A stretch of 63,706 nt of DNA from Desulfobacterota bacterium AH_259_B03_O07 (lineage in GTDB: Bacteria > Desulfobacterota_D > UBA1144 > Nemesobacterales > CSP1-2). Where the stretch lies: positions 1 through 63,706 of the forward strand of contig JALLOG010000002.1 of assembly GCA_027717645.1 (NCBI GenBank), in the 5' to 3' direction. The notes beneath the pieces were generated by a model. It was not told where the DNA came from and did no database searches. It saw only the letters and a program-made list of their open reading frames with translations. This document shows positions 41,418 to 51,625 of this stretch, piece after piece. The stretch's first letter is position 1. Each line of letters begins with the position of its first letter. The position numbers and the translations under genes are program-made.

Positions 41418-42395
41418 TCAATTCCTATGCTTCAAGACCTCTCGATTTACAAGGTTTACTGGAACCTTGCCATTAAGAGCCAACTTTGCATTCTCTACTG
41501 CCATCTCAGTCATCCTTTCCCTAGTCTCAAATGAAGCACTTCCTAAATGGGGTAGAAGTACAACATTATCTAGACCTAATAAATCTTTTTCGACTTCAGG
41601 CTCATTTTCATAAACATCCAGCCCCGCCCCCCATATTACCTTTTTTTTCAGAGCCTGAACCAATTCTTTCTCCCTAACAATAGGTCCGCGCGCTATATTT
41701 ATAAGTATTGAATTTCTTTTCATCTTCTTAAATTCATCCAAGCCAAACCGTCCTCTCGTACTTTCTGTAAGAGGTGCCGTTATAACCAGGAAATCGGACT
41801 CCCCAAGAAGCGTTGGGAAATCTACAAAGTCACATCCGATTTCCTCCTCAGCCTCTAACCTCCTACTTTTATTAACGTATATTACCCGCATATTAAAGCC
41901 CCTTGCTCTTCTTCCAACAGCACTTCCAATCCGCCCCAATCCGTAAATGCCCAAAGTCTTTCCAAAAACATCCATTCCCAGTAAAAAAGAAGGATCCCAT
42001 CTCTTAAACTGCCCTTTTCTAACAACACTATCCCCCTCAACAACTCTTCTGGCAACACCAAACATCAAAGCCCATGCTAAATCCGCAGTAGTCTCTGTCA
42101 ATACACCCGGAGTATTCGTTACATAGATTCTCTTTTCTGTGGCATAAGGAACATCAATATTTTCAAAACCGACACCAAAGTTTGAAATGATAATCAGATT
42201 AGGGCACGTATCTATTATGTCTTTATCTATCTGATTCGACACGGTAGAGAGAATTGCAATGGCATCCTTAGCACCCTCTTGTACCTCAATCTTGGTTGGT
42301 AGTTCATGTTTGTCAAAGATTTCAACATCGAAATCTTTTTTGAGTGAATCAACCGCATTTCCGGGAAGCTTGGAGGTTACAAAAATCTTCTTCAT
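41418..42395 (-). CDS. D-isomer-specific 2-hydroxyacid dehydrogenase (glyoxylate/hydroxypyruvate reductase-like)
   Basis: NAD-binding motif GIYGLGRIGSAVGRRA and C-terminal catalytic region LLPHLGSAS. Confidence 0.88.
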   Translation of the reverse strand: MKKIFVTSKLPGNAVDSLKKDFDVEIFDKHELPTKIEVQEGAKDAIAILSTVSNQIDKDIIDTCPNLIIISNFGVGFENIDVPYATEKRIYVTNTPGVLTETTADLAWALMFGVARRVVEGDSVVRKGQFKRWDPSFLLGMDVFGKTLGIYGLGRIGSAVGRRARGFNMRVIYVNKSRRLEAEEEIGCDFVDFPTLLGESDFLVITAPLTESTRGRFGLDEFKKMKRNSILINIARGPIVREKELVQALKKKVIWGAGLDVYENEPEVEKDLLGLDNVVLLPHLGSASFETRERMTEMAVENAKLALNGKVPVNLVNREVLKHRN

Positions 42396-42490
42396 TTTTT
42401 TTATTTTGCCACAGAGGACACAGAGTGAATAGAGAGAAGATTAAGATTTGATTTATTGTTTTATTCTCTTTGCTCTCCGTGGCTAATTCT

Positions 42491-43798
42491 TTACTTTTTG
42501 AATGGGTCGGGAATTTCCGGATGCCATAGATTAAAGTGATCCCTATGGTTCTCAGTATAGGCTCCTTCCGGATAGAATTCGTCATAAAAATCCAAGTCCA
42601 GATGATGGGCCTGAACCATGAATCTCAGAAACATAGGATCAGAAAATGCCGGAAATCTCCCGTACGTGTCATAAACATAGTTACAGATATCTTTAACAAC
42701 CTGAATCTCATCTTTACTGGGTTTTTCAATCTCCTGCATTACAGCCTCCGGATTCTTATAAGGCATGGTGTGCGATTCCCAGTTGCTCCACTTCAAATCG
42801 TTTAATGCCTCAACAGCTTCGCCCATATCCTTGTAGTAAGGAGGACAAAAAGCTTCAAATAGTCCATCCTTTCCAACCGCTACTGGATTTGGATTGCCAG
42901 TTTCTCCTTTTATTTCGGGTGTAATAAATCTAAATCCGAGCCCTTTATTAAAAGGTGTTCCTCCGAGCATGAACATGCTTGCAAATCCGCTAAAAAGCCA
43001 CCCACCAAGACCAAGGGTTTGGAGAGCAAGCACCATATTCTGACCCATTAATGGCTGCTCTGCAATATAACCATTCGCAAACCTTATTTCGGCTTCGATA
43101 AGAGGCATTCTTTTTCCTTCATCGAGAAATCCCTTTTCAAGCCATCCCCCAGTTCCAGGCGGTCTCATTCCGTGAAGCTCATCCACAAAGTTAAATCTGT
43201 GATCCGGTCTCATGTAGAAAAAATAAAGATTGATGATACAAGCCGACAGGTCGGTAACGGGCATAAATACTGATGTCCCTGGTTTGTTTACATTCCAGAG
43301 ATTGTGGGCGGCAATTCCAGGAGGTTGGCTCGGCAAATCAGCCCTATTTTCCTCTAGAGTTATCTTTGACTCCCGAAATAACTCAACGATTCTATCCACT
43401 CTTTCCTGTCTGTTGAGAGCCTCGAGACCCTTAAAGTCATCGGGCTTTTTGTCGTGCATTTTAATCATGTATGTCCCGTCGTCATTCGTATAAAAAAGCT
43501 CAGTCCTATGCACGTCACCGAGCGCCGGTATTGTTTTACTGGTAAACTGCATCTCAAGGTCTAAGCCAACGTGTGGAGGAAAATCGGATAAGTTTATGCT
43601 CTTAATCCCGAGACCCGTCCACACAAGAATAGCCTCCTCCAACTCTGTTAACGCCACAGGACTGTGGTTAGATTTATATTTAAGAGGTCCCCTTTCAATT
43701 TCCATGCCAAGACCAAACCTTCGTGACCTACGCTGAAAAACCGCATCACTAAATCTATAGTCAACCGCGACATCGAGCCCTTTTGGATACTTGCTCAT
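42491..43798 (-). CDS. conserved hypothetical protein (435 aa)
   Basis: Long intact ORF with ordinary codon texture. No family motif recognised by eye. Confidence 0.55.
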   Translation of the reverse strand: MSKYPKGLDVAVDYRFSDAVFQRRSRRFGLGMEIERGPLKYKSNHSPVALTELEEAILVWTGLGIKSINLSDFPPHVGLDLEMQFTSKTIPALGDVHRTELFYTNDDGTYMIKMHDKKPDDFKGLEALNRQERVDRIVELFRESKITLEENRADLPSQPPGIAAHNLWNVNKPGTSVFMPVTDLSACIINLYFFYMRPDHRFNFVDELHGMRPPGTGGWLEKGFLDEGKRMPLIEAEIRFANGYIAEQPLMGQNMVLALQTLGLGGWLFSGFASMFMLGGTPFNKGLGFRFITPEIKGETGNPNPVAVGKDGLFEAFCPPYYKDMGEAVEALNDLKWSNWESHTMPYKNPEAVMQEIEKPSKDEIQVVKDICNYVYDTYGRFPAFSDPMFLRFMVQAHHLDLDFYDEFYPEGAYTENHRDHFNLWHPEIPDPFKK

Positions 43799-44095
43799 TT
43801 ATTTAACTACCTCTTGAGTCAAATTTTTTAATCAATTTTGGCTATTGAATCAAACGGATTTTAACACATCCAGCAAAATTTTTATAATTACCTAAGGTTT
43901 AAAAAATGGCTTCGTAAAATGTTAAAAATTCGCTTAAAGGAACTAAATATTTAATTAGTCGGAACTGCCTTTGAAACTTTTTAGCAGAGATTCAATTTAT
44001 ATAGACATGCTAGCTAAACTATGTTATTTAAGCTCGAATGAATTTATAATTTTTTGAATGACAGGTTTTTGTTAGATTCCGAGTATACTCTGATA

Positions 44096-44809
44096 ATGCA
44101 AAATTATAAGATCATAAAGCTATTAATATGCCTTCTCATTTTTTCTTCTTTTGGCTGCGCATCACGCGACTTGGTACCTATCTCAGGCAACGGCACTGTA
44201 TATCCAGAATTTAAAGCTGCCCGCAAAACGAAGGACGATGTTACTGTCGAAGTGAATTCGTCACCATGGACGGGCTCTCCGAGCAACCTCAATCGCTATA
44301 TTACTCCTTTCTATTTGGAAATCGAAAACAATACCGATAAGGCCTTAAACCTAAGCTATGATGATATAGTTCTTGTTGACGCCAATCGAACACAGTTTAA
44401 TCCGCTAAAACCCAATTTAGTCGCAGACATTATCACAACAACATTGCAGGGCTCTTATGCCTATGGAGCAGGTTATCCAAGGGTTTCAATAGGATTGGGG
44501 TTCGGATACTACTCCGGCTGGTCTTACTATAGAAGGCCGTTCTTTGGACCTTTTTATACTCCATTCTATGCTTACGGGGCTTACCCCTTAGGCTATTATC
44601 CACCTTATTATTATTCCCCGCCACAAGTTGGAGATGTCTACACAAAAGCGCTTATACCAGGAACGCTAAATCCAAAATCAAAACTAAGAGGGTATGTCTA
44701 TTTCCAAAAACTACCTAAGGAAGTAAAGCAAGTTAGCCTTGATCTACGTTATAAACTCGCGGGAGAGCAAGAGCCTCAACAGCTCAGCTTCCCTTTTGCT
44801 GTTGAATAA
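44096..44809 (+). CDS. lipoprotein with Tyr/Pro/Gly-rich segment
   Basis: Lipobox FSSFGC after a hydrophobic leader starting at MQNYKIIKLL (ATG 44096; ORF opens at TTG 44054). Low-complexity region GYYSGWSYYRRPFFGPFYTPFYAYGAYPLGYYPPYYYSPP. Confidence 0.65.
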   Translation: MQNYKIIKLLICLLIFSSFGCASRDLVPISGNGTVYPEFKAARKTKDDVTVEVNSSPWTGSPSNLNRYITPFYLEIENNTDKALNLSYDDIVLVDANRTQFNPLKPNLVADIITTTLQGSYAYGAGYPRVSIGLGFGYYSGWSYYRRPFFGPFYTPFYAYGAYPLGYYPPYYYSPPQVGDVYTKALIPGTLNPKSKLRGYVYFQKLPKEVKQVSLDLRYKLAGEQEPQQLSFPFAVE

Positions 44810-44872
44810 TTTTTAAGGCTTTCCTGTAGATCCAAAAATAATATGAAATCACAATCTATGATTTCTTAAATT

Positions 44873-45964
44873 TTATTTATCACTTCCTACCCACTCTGAA
44901 ATAATCTTCTCCGCCGTTTTTCCATATGGTGTAAAACCCTTTTCTATATTTGGTCTTTCATAGCTATTCATATAAGTGAAGTATTTCCAGACGAAAAAAC
45001 CGGCTAGATATGGCTTATCATGAAAAACGAGGTATGTTGCTTTAAAAGCATTAGCTTGTTCTTCCTCGCTCGGCTTGCCATCATGATTCCATTCCCAGGG
45101 TTTGATTGTCGATCCCTCATGAGATTTAAAACCAATCTCTGCAAAAATGATTTTTTTATCATATTTATCAGAAAGGTTTTTAAAATCCTTCTCGTATTTA
45201 CTCCATCCGTTAACAAGCTCATCAATCGTCGGATTTTTCTCATTAGCTAAAGGGAAATATGCGTCGATTCCAATATAATCCAGATTGTCCCAGAATTCGA
45301 TATTCCTAGCGTTCCACCCTTCAGCGGCATATGTAAGTTTTCCTCCATAAACTTCCCTAACTTTTTGTATTAGTCTTCTCCAGTCCATTGTATATTTAGA
45401 CAGTCCTACGAGTTCTGTTCCCACAACGAAAATTTCAACATTATTCCTTTCGGCAAGCTCCGCCTGCGAGACTATGAATTGTTTATAGTTTTTAAACCAC
45501 TCCTCTCTTTTATTTGAATCTGTGAAATCTATCTTGCTTCTCCAGTTATCCGGGTTAAAATCCCATCCACCTACCCAAACGTGTGGTTTTAGCATTACTT
45601 TGAAGCCACTATTCCGAAGACTACGAATTTCTTGTTCAATAAATTCATCTTTCATCGTTGGGTCTACATCAACATAAATCTTTGTATCATCTCGATTTTT
45701 CATGTATGCAAAAGTATTTAACTGAACGGTATCATAACCAACCGCTTTTAAATGTTTATGAATCTTCTGTGAAGGTTCAGAACCGTAACCACTACCAATT
45801 TTATGGATATGTGTTAGCACCGCGCCATTGAACTCAAAAAAGCTATCATTAGAGTTACTTTCAGCCTGACCAAAGGAAAAGTTGAGGGGGAAAATATATA
45901 GAAAAAAGATACTGATAAGAATCTTATGGAGATGAGTTTTTTTTAATTCCCAGAGAATGGTCAT
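44873..45964 (-). CDS. secreted TIM-barrel glycoside hydrolase-like protein
   Basis: N-terminal signal-like helix. Candidate acid/base and nucleophile Glu residues in VVGTELVG and IIFAEIGF, as in clan GH-A enzymes. Family not assignable by eye. Confidence 0.5.
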   Translation of the reverse strand: MTILWELKKTHLHKILISIFFLYIFPLNFSFGQAESNSNDSFFEFNGAVLTHIHKIGSGYGSEPSQKIHKHLKAVGYDTVQLNTFAYMKNRDDTKIYVDVDPTMKDEFIEQEIRSLRNSGFKVMLKPHVWVGGWDFNPDNWRSKIDFTDSNKREEWFKNYKQFIVSQAELAERNNVEIFVVGTELVGLSKYTMDWRRLIQKVREVYGGKLTYAAEGWNARNIEFWDNLDYIGIDAYFPLANEKNPTIDELVNGWSKYEKDFKNLSDKYDKKIIFAEIGFKSHEGSTIKPWEWNHDGKPSEEEQANAFKATYLVFHDKPYLAGFFVWKYFTYMNSYERPNIEKGFTPYGKTAEKIISEWVGSDK

Positions 45965-45980
45965 GTGGAATGATTATAGA

Positions 45981-46535
45981 CTAACTTCTATCACCATGTT
46001 TCATAAGTTCATTAGATGGCAAGCTAGGGTCAAGGAGCTTTCTAGCCGTTTCAACTCCCGCAACAGGCAATGTCTTACTGTCCAATAGACCAATTTGAAC
46101 TAAAAGGGATGCCTGATCCCAATAGATGTGTTCACTATCAATTTTCCCATCCTTGAAATGTACTACAGCAACCACAGCGTGCTCAACACGCTTTCCAGTT
46201 GGAGGTACTCCCGGCAGGATCCACGGCATCACTATTGTATGCGTGAATTTATGAATGAGTTCGTCGACTATTCGGTCAGTTCCGACAGTACGTGAGATTA
46301 GAACAATTTCAGTATCTGGAGGTTGTGAAGGAATAAAGTATTTAGAGTAGAATTTTCGAACGTTATCCAAACCGAGGCCTCCGGTCATAGCTGGAACATG
46401 GTTTACAAACGGTTCCTGAGTCATAGTTGACATGGTGTCTTCAATACTTTTGGTCACAAACTCAGAAGCTGTGTGTTTCTCCCACAATTCAACCATCTTC
46501 TGCTGTGATGGAGTAAGGGGAAGTTCTTCTTCCAT
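45981..46535 (-). CDS. SnoaL-like / NTF2-fold protein (core copy)
   Basis: Aligns along its whole length with the cassette gene at 57953-58582 (TPSQQKMVELWEKH..., KFTHTIVMPWILPGVPPTGKRVE..., IYWDQASLLVQIGLL...). Confidence 0.6.
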   Translation of the reverse strand: MEEELPLTPSQQKMVELWEKHTASEFVTKSIEDTMSTMTQEPFVNHVPAMTGGLGLDNVRKFYSKYFIPSQPPDTEIVLISRTVGTDRIVDELIHKFTHTIVMPWILPGVPPTGKRVEHAVVAVVHFKDGKIDSEHIYWDQASLLVQIGLLDSKTLPVAGVETARKLLDPSLPSNELMKHGDRS

Positions 46536-46556
46536 TTTACACCTCCTAAATTTTCT

Positions 46557-47357
46557 CTAATGAATACTTTCTAGATCAGTTATTAAGTTACTTATATAAT
46601 CAGCCGAATATCTCAAGCGACTCCCATACCACGAAAACATTGCACCATCCACAAGTTTTACTTTTGCAGAAGGGAATCTCTTCTTGAATTCATTCAAGTG
46701 TTTGAATTTAAATGGGAAAGGTTCAGAAGAAAGAAATATCGCATCAGGATTGGCATCACCTATCTGCTCCAGAGTCACCTCGGGGTACCTGTCCAAATCT
46801 TTGAACACATTGATAAAACCAAAATTTCTCAACATGTCATCAATAAACGTGTTCTCCCCCGCGACCATAAACGGTTTATTCCAAATAAAATAGGCAACCC
46901 TGGTGCCTGATTGATCACTAAACTCATGCATTTTCGTTTGAATTTCAGAAACCATATCATCCGCTTCTTTAGTCTTATTCACAATTTCCCCGACACTCCT
47001 TATCATTTGATATGCATCTTCGAGAGAATTAACATCACTCATCCAAACAGGAAATACTGAACTGAGCCTTTCAATTCCCTCTTGATAGTTTTCCTCTTTA
47101 TTCCCTATTATTAAGTCCGGTTTCAATTTTTCTATTAACGCAAAGTTAAACTTTTTCGTGCCTCCAATTTTCACTTTTCGGGCGCATTTATTCTTCGGAT
47201 GAATACAAAATCTGCTTATCCCAACAATTTCTTCATCCAATCCAAGATCAAAAAGGAGTTCCGTTTGGGAAGGTACCAACGAAATAATTCTCCTGATTGG
47301 TTGGTGCAAGCAAATTATATTTCCCATCTGATCCTTAATCAAATTATTTTTCGACAT
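46557..47357 (-). CDS. BtuF-like periplasmic-binding-protein-fold (cobalamin/iron-chelate binding) protein
   Basis: RIISLVPSQTELLFDLGL and PDLIIGNKEEN are typical of class III helical-backbone binding proteins. No adjacent permease or ATPase genes. Confidence 0.6.
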   Translation of the reverse strand: MSKNNLIKDQMGNIICLHQPIRRIISLVPSQTELLFDLGLDEEIVGISRFCIHPKNKCARKVKIGGTKKFNFALIEKLKPDLIIGNKEENYQEGIERLSSVFPVWMSDVNSLEDAYQMIRSVGEIVNKTKEADDMVSEIQTKMHEFSDQSGTRVAYFIWNKPFMVAGENTFIDDMLRNFGFINVFKDLDRYPEVTLEQIGDANPDAIFLSSEPFPFKFKHLNEFKKRFPSAKVKLVDGAMFSWYGSRLRYSADYISNLITDLESIH

Positions 47358-47532
47358 AATAGTCTTTGATTTTTATTCGCTATTTTGGACAAGGAAATAG
47401 GGGCGTCTCTCCCCATTTTTAAGTTCCTCCCGGCTTGGGCAGTATATAAAGCGTTGGCTCTGGTTGAGGACGAAGCGTGCCATGTTCGGCGCATACAAAA
47501 CTCTAATTGTGATTAAGAGAGTATCAGTAAGT

Positions 47533-47997
47533 TTAGTAACACCAAGGACACCAGTTATCGATGAAGATTGTAGCATTTTGAAAAGCATGAGGTATATTGC
47601 CTTCAATTATACGGGTTTTGAAATTGAGAGCGTTCTCCTTGATCAAAGGTTGCGATAGTTTTAAAACAGCATTCTTCTCCCCATACTCGTCAGAGATTGA
47701 AAGCACAGCATTCGGCGGGTCTTCTTTGAAACTATCCGCTCCCTTATCCCACATCTCTAAGAATTTCTCTAAACTCATGTGCCCTGCAATTCTATTCGGA
47801 CGGTCGGAGAAGTATATAACATTCGGCACACCGTCAAGTGTCAATTTGTTCCCTTCCAATGACCCCGACTGAGCGCTTAGGACAAAGAGATACCGGGGAT
47901 ACTTCGAATCGTCGATTACATTCTCTGCAGTGGCGAAGGCCGTATCTATGCCAAATAAAATCGAAACAGCAAAAACTAGTCTTACTGTATATCTCAT
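47533..47997 (-). CDS. exported hypothetical protein
   Basis: Signal peptide MRYTVRLVFAVSILFGIDTAFA. C-terminal CPWC pair. ORF opens at 48030. Confidence 0.5.
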   Translation of the reverse strand: MRYTVRLVFAVSILFGIDTAFATAENVIDDSKYPRYLFVLSAQSGSLEGNKLTLDGVPNVIYFSDRPNRIAGHMSLEKFLEMWDKGADSFKEDPPNAVLSISDEYGEKNAVLKLSQPLIKENALNFKTRIIEGNIPHAFQNATIFIDNWCPWCY

Positions 47998-48169
47998 AAT
48001 TTCCTCCCAAGAAAAATTATCTTTAACCAAATCCCTTAAATATTATAACCAAGATATTATACGCGATCGGATTCATACGAATATTTTGTCAACTTAGTCT
48101 CTATCCCAAACAAATATATATTACAATTTCCCAGGCTCAATAAACTCCGATAACCTATACTAGTCTTAA

Positions 48170-48430
<261 letters not shown>

Positions 48431-48446
<16 letters not shown>

Positions 48447-48637
48447 AGAATAAGGAAATGCATAAGGAATACGATTTTTCCTAAGGTGTCAGAGGGAAAT
48501 ATACCAAAAGATACCACCTAAGTTCCAACATAATTGTACTTGAACCAGATGTAGCTCAGCACTTCCCAAATTCCGAATCTGTAAATCAGGCATTGCGAAC
48601 CATCACCCTCCTAAACAAAAAAAGAAAAGTAACGTAA
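48431..48637 (+). pseudogene. brnA: BrnA-like antitoxin gene, disrupted
   Basis: MKKESKNKEMHKEYDFS, then an in-frame TAA, then GVRGKYTKRY...IVLEPDVAQHFPNSESVNQALRTI. Overlaps the toxin 3' end, as is usual for these pairs. Confidence 0.65.
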
Positions 48638-48763
48638 TTATGTTAGAAAAAGGCAAGGAAAACTAATTCTCTCGAGTAAATAAGGTAAATAAATAAGGAT
48701 AAAATAATTAGGGATAGATGTCCCTATTTATTTTTATAATCTCAAAAATCATAGCTACTCTTA

Positions 48764-49150
48764 TCAACAGGTTGAGTGAATTAGTGCTCCGATGGCTTGC
48801 TTCACTCTGAGCTCGTTGTAGAGTTGTACTGCTTTATCAGTTTGTAAAACGTGCGCTGGAATACCTTTGTCTATTAACATTTGCAATGTGTCGGGACAAA
48901 CTTGGAGCCGTTCATATATACCCTTAGACAAGATCACCTCTTTGGAGCCATGTTCGACCAGTTCTTGGACGTCAGCTGGCTGTATGCCCGGGATGTGACG
49001 CGTACCAGTTTCATTCCAATTCCACTCTCTTGCACCCCCTGGATATAGCTTCGCATCTTTGAAGGGTTTATCGATTCCTTCAACTTTCAGACTACCCCAA
49101 GAGAGATGAGTTATTTTAGGGGAATTTTCTACGTTTTCCATAATATACAT
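48764..49150 (-). CDS. Mth938-like (DUF498) domain protein
   Basis: ITHLSWGSLKVEG...KDAKLYPGGAREWNW and EVILSKGIYERLQV resemble the Mth938/NDUFAF3 fold family. Confidence 0.55.
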   Translation of the reverse strand: MYIMENVENSPKITHLSWGSLKVEGIDKPFKDAKLYPGGAREWNWNETGTRHIPGIQPADVQELVEHGSKEVILSKGIYERLQVCPDTLQMLIDKGIPAHVLQTDKAVQLYNELRVKQAIGALIHSTC

Positions 49151-49208
49151 ATTACCTCTAGTTTGTGAAATAAGCCTTACAGATCCTCATTAACTGTGAT
49201 GAAGAAAT

Positions 49209-50399
49209 CTAGATCAATCCCTTTAGTTTGTTAAGTATCAGCCTGGCCTCATTATCCGGAGTGAGCTTCCCACTGTCGATCTCAAGATCAAAGGGAATAT
49301 CCCTATACATCTGCATGAGGTGTGCCAGTGAATGACCCGGAGGACGATCACCTCGCTCTCTTTCGTGCTTTTCCAATATACTAATATCTGCAATAACTGA
49401 GACCCAAAGCACAGGATGGTCTTTAAATAATATAGCAGCCTCATCATAGATGTCCTTGTACACAAATATCTGGTCTGAGACCACATTTATACCGATTTGG
49501 GACATTGAGGCGACTGCACAGAGTTGGCCACCCATGAATTTGCGAGCAACTGGTCCCAGTTGCTGTCTCATATATCTAGTAGGATTATCAGCATTAGGAC
49601 CTGGGGGCATGTAATATAATCCGAGCCTGCCATCGGGTGGATGTTTAAAATGTTTCATGCTCTCAGGGTCTAGTGGAGTGTCCATGTATCGTTTTGCCAT
49701 TCCTTCTATAATTGTATCCACACCGAATTGTATGAAGGGTTCTTCAGCTAATTCCTGTATAGTACGGCAAAGCGTTGATTTCCCAGCGCTACCCGGCCCA
49801 GCAAGAATAACAATATGACCCGGGCTCTCATTTGGAAATGGCATTAAACGGGGAACCCACCTAGCCCTGGGTTGTCCCTTCATAGGTCGGTTCTCCAGAT
49901 AATCAAGAAGCTTGTTGGCATTGTCTTCAACGGAGTTTGAGCCACCATCAAGAGAGTAACCATAATCTAAATCGGTATACATTTCAGAGTTGAGCTCCTG
50001 GGCAGGCCCCTCAGGTTGTTGACCAAATTCCTTCTCACGTTTAACGAGAATCTCTTCCGAACATTTAACCTCAACCCAAATAACATCCAAATCATCTAAA
50101 AACGTCTTACATTCATCTAGCCATCCACGATCAAGTATAGTATGGTCAACAAGCAGATCACAGCCACTCCTGGCCAATCCTGAAATCACGCCATGAAGTG
50201 CCCTTATATATAATCGATCAACAGTTTTACTGAGATGGTGCTTCTTAGCAGATTCAACAGGTTCAACAATATTGAAAAGTTGGTCAATCCCAACCGCATA
50301 ATAAGGCTTATCGGCGACTGACTGGACTTTGTTTATGATTGAGGTTTTACCCGCGTGTGGCGGACCATTTAAAATAACGACGGTGCCCGCAATACTCAT
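49209..50399 (-). CDS. tandem fusion of two chloramphenicol-phosphotransferase-like (CPT) P-loop kinase domains
   Basis: Two Walker A loops (ILNGPPHAGKTS, ILAGPGSAGKST). Each is followed by a CPT-like core (VIWVEVKCSEEILVKREKEFG; VLWVSVIADISILEKHERERGDRPPG). Confidence 0.7.
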   Translation of the reverse strand: MSIAGTVVILNGPPHAGKTSIINKVQSVADKPYYAVGIDQLFNIVEPVESAKKHHLSKTVDRLYIRALHGVISGLARSGCDLLVDHTILDRGWLDECKTFLDDLDVIWVEVKCSEEILVKREKEFGQQPEGPAQELNSEMYTDLDYGYSLDGGSNSVEDNANKLLDYLENRPMKGQPRARWVPRLMPFPNESPGHIVILAGPGSAGKSTLCRTIQELAEEPFIQFGVDTIIEGMAKRYMDTPLDPESMKHFKHPPDGRLGLYYMPPGPNADNPTRYMRQQLGPVARKFMGGQLCAVASMSQIGINVVSDQIFVYKDIYDEAAILFKDHPVLWVSVIADISILEKHERERGDRPPGHSLAHLMQMYRDIPFDLEIDSGKLTPDNEARLILNKLKGLI

Positions 50400-50603
50400 C
50401 TCAGATTCCTTTTATAATAATTTTTAACTTTTAAATTTTATATATAGATTAACTTATAATATATAACCCTGCAGCAAGACCCAAGTTCTTCGCGCATCAA
50501 AAGTAAATCCTCAAGGTCATTGCTGTACATTTCACATAAGTGATGGAAAAATTGTTACAATTTCAATATGATTCTCCTTTTTATTGATCATTTTCTGAAT
50601 AAG

Positions 50604-50813
50604 AAAGCCGTTAATTGGCATTCCAAAAATTGCGTTAAGAAAATCATAAACGAAGACGTTAAAAAAAATTTGCGGGCTGGGGTGGAATTAAATTTTTTAG
50701 ATGGAGTGAATGATTTTTAGCTAAATTTTTGGGCAGCCTTGTCCTGAGCACCGTCGAAGGGTTGTTTCTTTGTATCAAGACAAAGAAAAAAATAAATATT
50801 TTGGATACCCGAT
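50604..50813 (+). repeat. about 200-bp interspersed repeat family, copy R2 (diverged)
   Basis: Shares blocks with R3: AAAGCCGTTAATTGGCATTCC, CGTTAAAAAAAATTTGCGGGCTGGGGTGGAATTAAA, CCTTGTCCTGAGCACCGTCGAAGGGTTGTTTCT and TGTATCAAGACAAAGAAA. Confidence 0.65.
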
Positions 50814-50908
50814 GAATATCTTGTCCTCGAAATATCTAACATCTACAGCAATGACTATGGTAACCCTGTAGAAAGTGAAAGAAAATTTTCGAGTTAATTA
50901 ACCCAGAG

Positions 50909-51511
50909 TTAATTCACTTTAAGTTTGTACCATTCTATTGCATCTCCGAGCCTATCGTTACCCCAAAAGAGTTCACTCTCGACAATAAATGTAGGCGCTC
51001 CAAAGATTCCACGATTCATTGCTTCTTCAGTTTGATTACGTAATAGATTTTTTATTTCTGGCAGCTTGGTCTGCGCAATCAATTTAGGGCCGTCTCTTCC
51101 AATCGAATCAACTATTTCATTTATCGTTTCTGGATCCGAAATCTCACGATCTTCAGCAAAATTGGCAAAAAACACTGCACGACTAAACTCAGCACACCAC
51201 CCTTCGTCTTGAGCTATACATGAAATACGGGCAGCTAGTAGGCTATTCCTCGGAAAAACCGATGGTTTCTTAAAAGCTATTCCATACTTTTCGCAAAGGC
51301 GTTCAATATCTCTCCACATATATCTTCCCTTTATTGGATAAATATTGAATGGGGAAGTATCCCATCCCTGATCCTTGAAAATTGGGCCTAAAAGAAAAGG
51401 TTTCCATTTGATGGTGACTCCCTCATCTTTAGCAACACTTTCAACGCGCATAGCGGAAAGATATGAATAAGTACTTCCAAATTCAAACCAAAACTCGATA
51501 CAATCAGACAT
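50909..51511 (-). CDS. 2-hydroxychromene-2-carboxylate isomerase family (DsbA-like thioredoxin fold)
   Basis: IEFWFEFGSTYSYLS N-terminus and C-terminal FGAPTFIV...LFWGNDRL. Confidence 0.8.
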   Translation of the reverse strand: MSDCIEFWFEFGSTYSYLSAMRVESVAKDEGVTIKWKPFLLGPIFKDQGWDTSPFNIYPIKGRYMWRDIERLCEKYGIAFKKPSVFPRNSLLAARISCIAQDEGWCAEFSRAVFFANFAEDREISDPETINEIVDSIGRDGPKLIAQTKLPEIKNLLRNQTEEAMNRGIFGAPTFIVESELFWGNDRLGDAIEWYKLKVN

Positions 51512-51625
51512 TTTTATTTAAAATTTTCAATCCTTAATATAAACAAGATACCATTTGCTCCTCTTTATTTAAGCCGAAAATAAAAAAATTGACAATGAAA
51601 ATTGAGTAGGGTTAGATTTGTCAAT

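Noticed and set aside
41172-41613. ORFs 41172-41402(-) and 41311-41613(+)
   Set aside because: They are generated by the GC-rich hairpin cluster and by the antisense strand of the dehydrogenase gene. They have no RBS and repeat-derived peptide sequences.
47358-47540. Possible cobalamin riboswitch upstream of the BtuF-like gene
   Set aside because: The context is suggestive, but on the minus strand the best B12-box-like string (AAGCCGGGAGGAAC) matches the consensus poorly. I could not find the conserved GGTG...GCCACTG core. A covariance-model scan (Rfam RF00174) would be needed to revive it.
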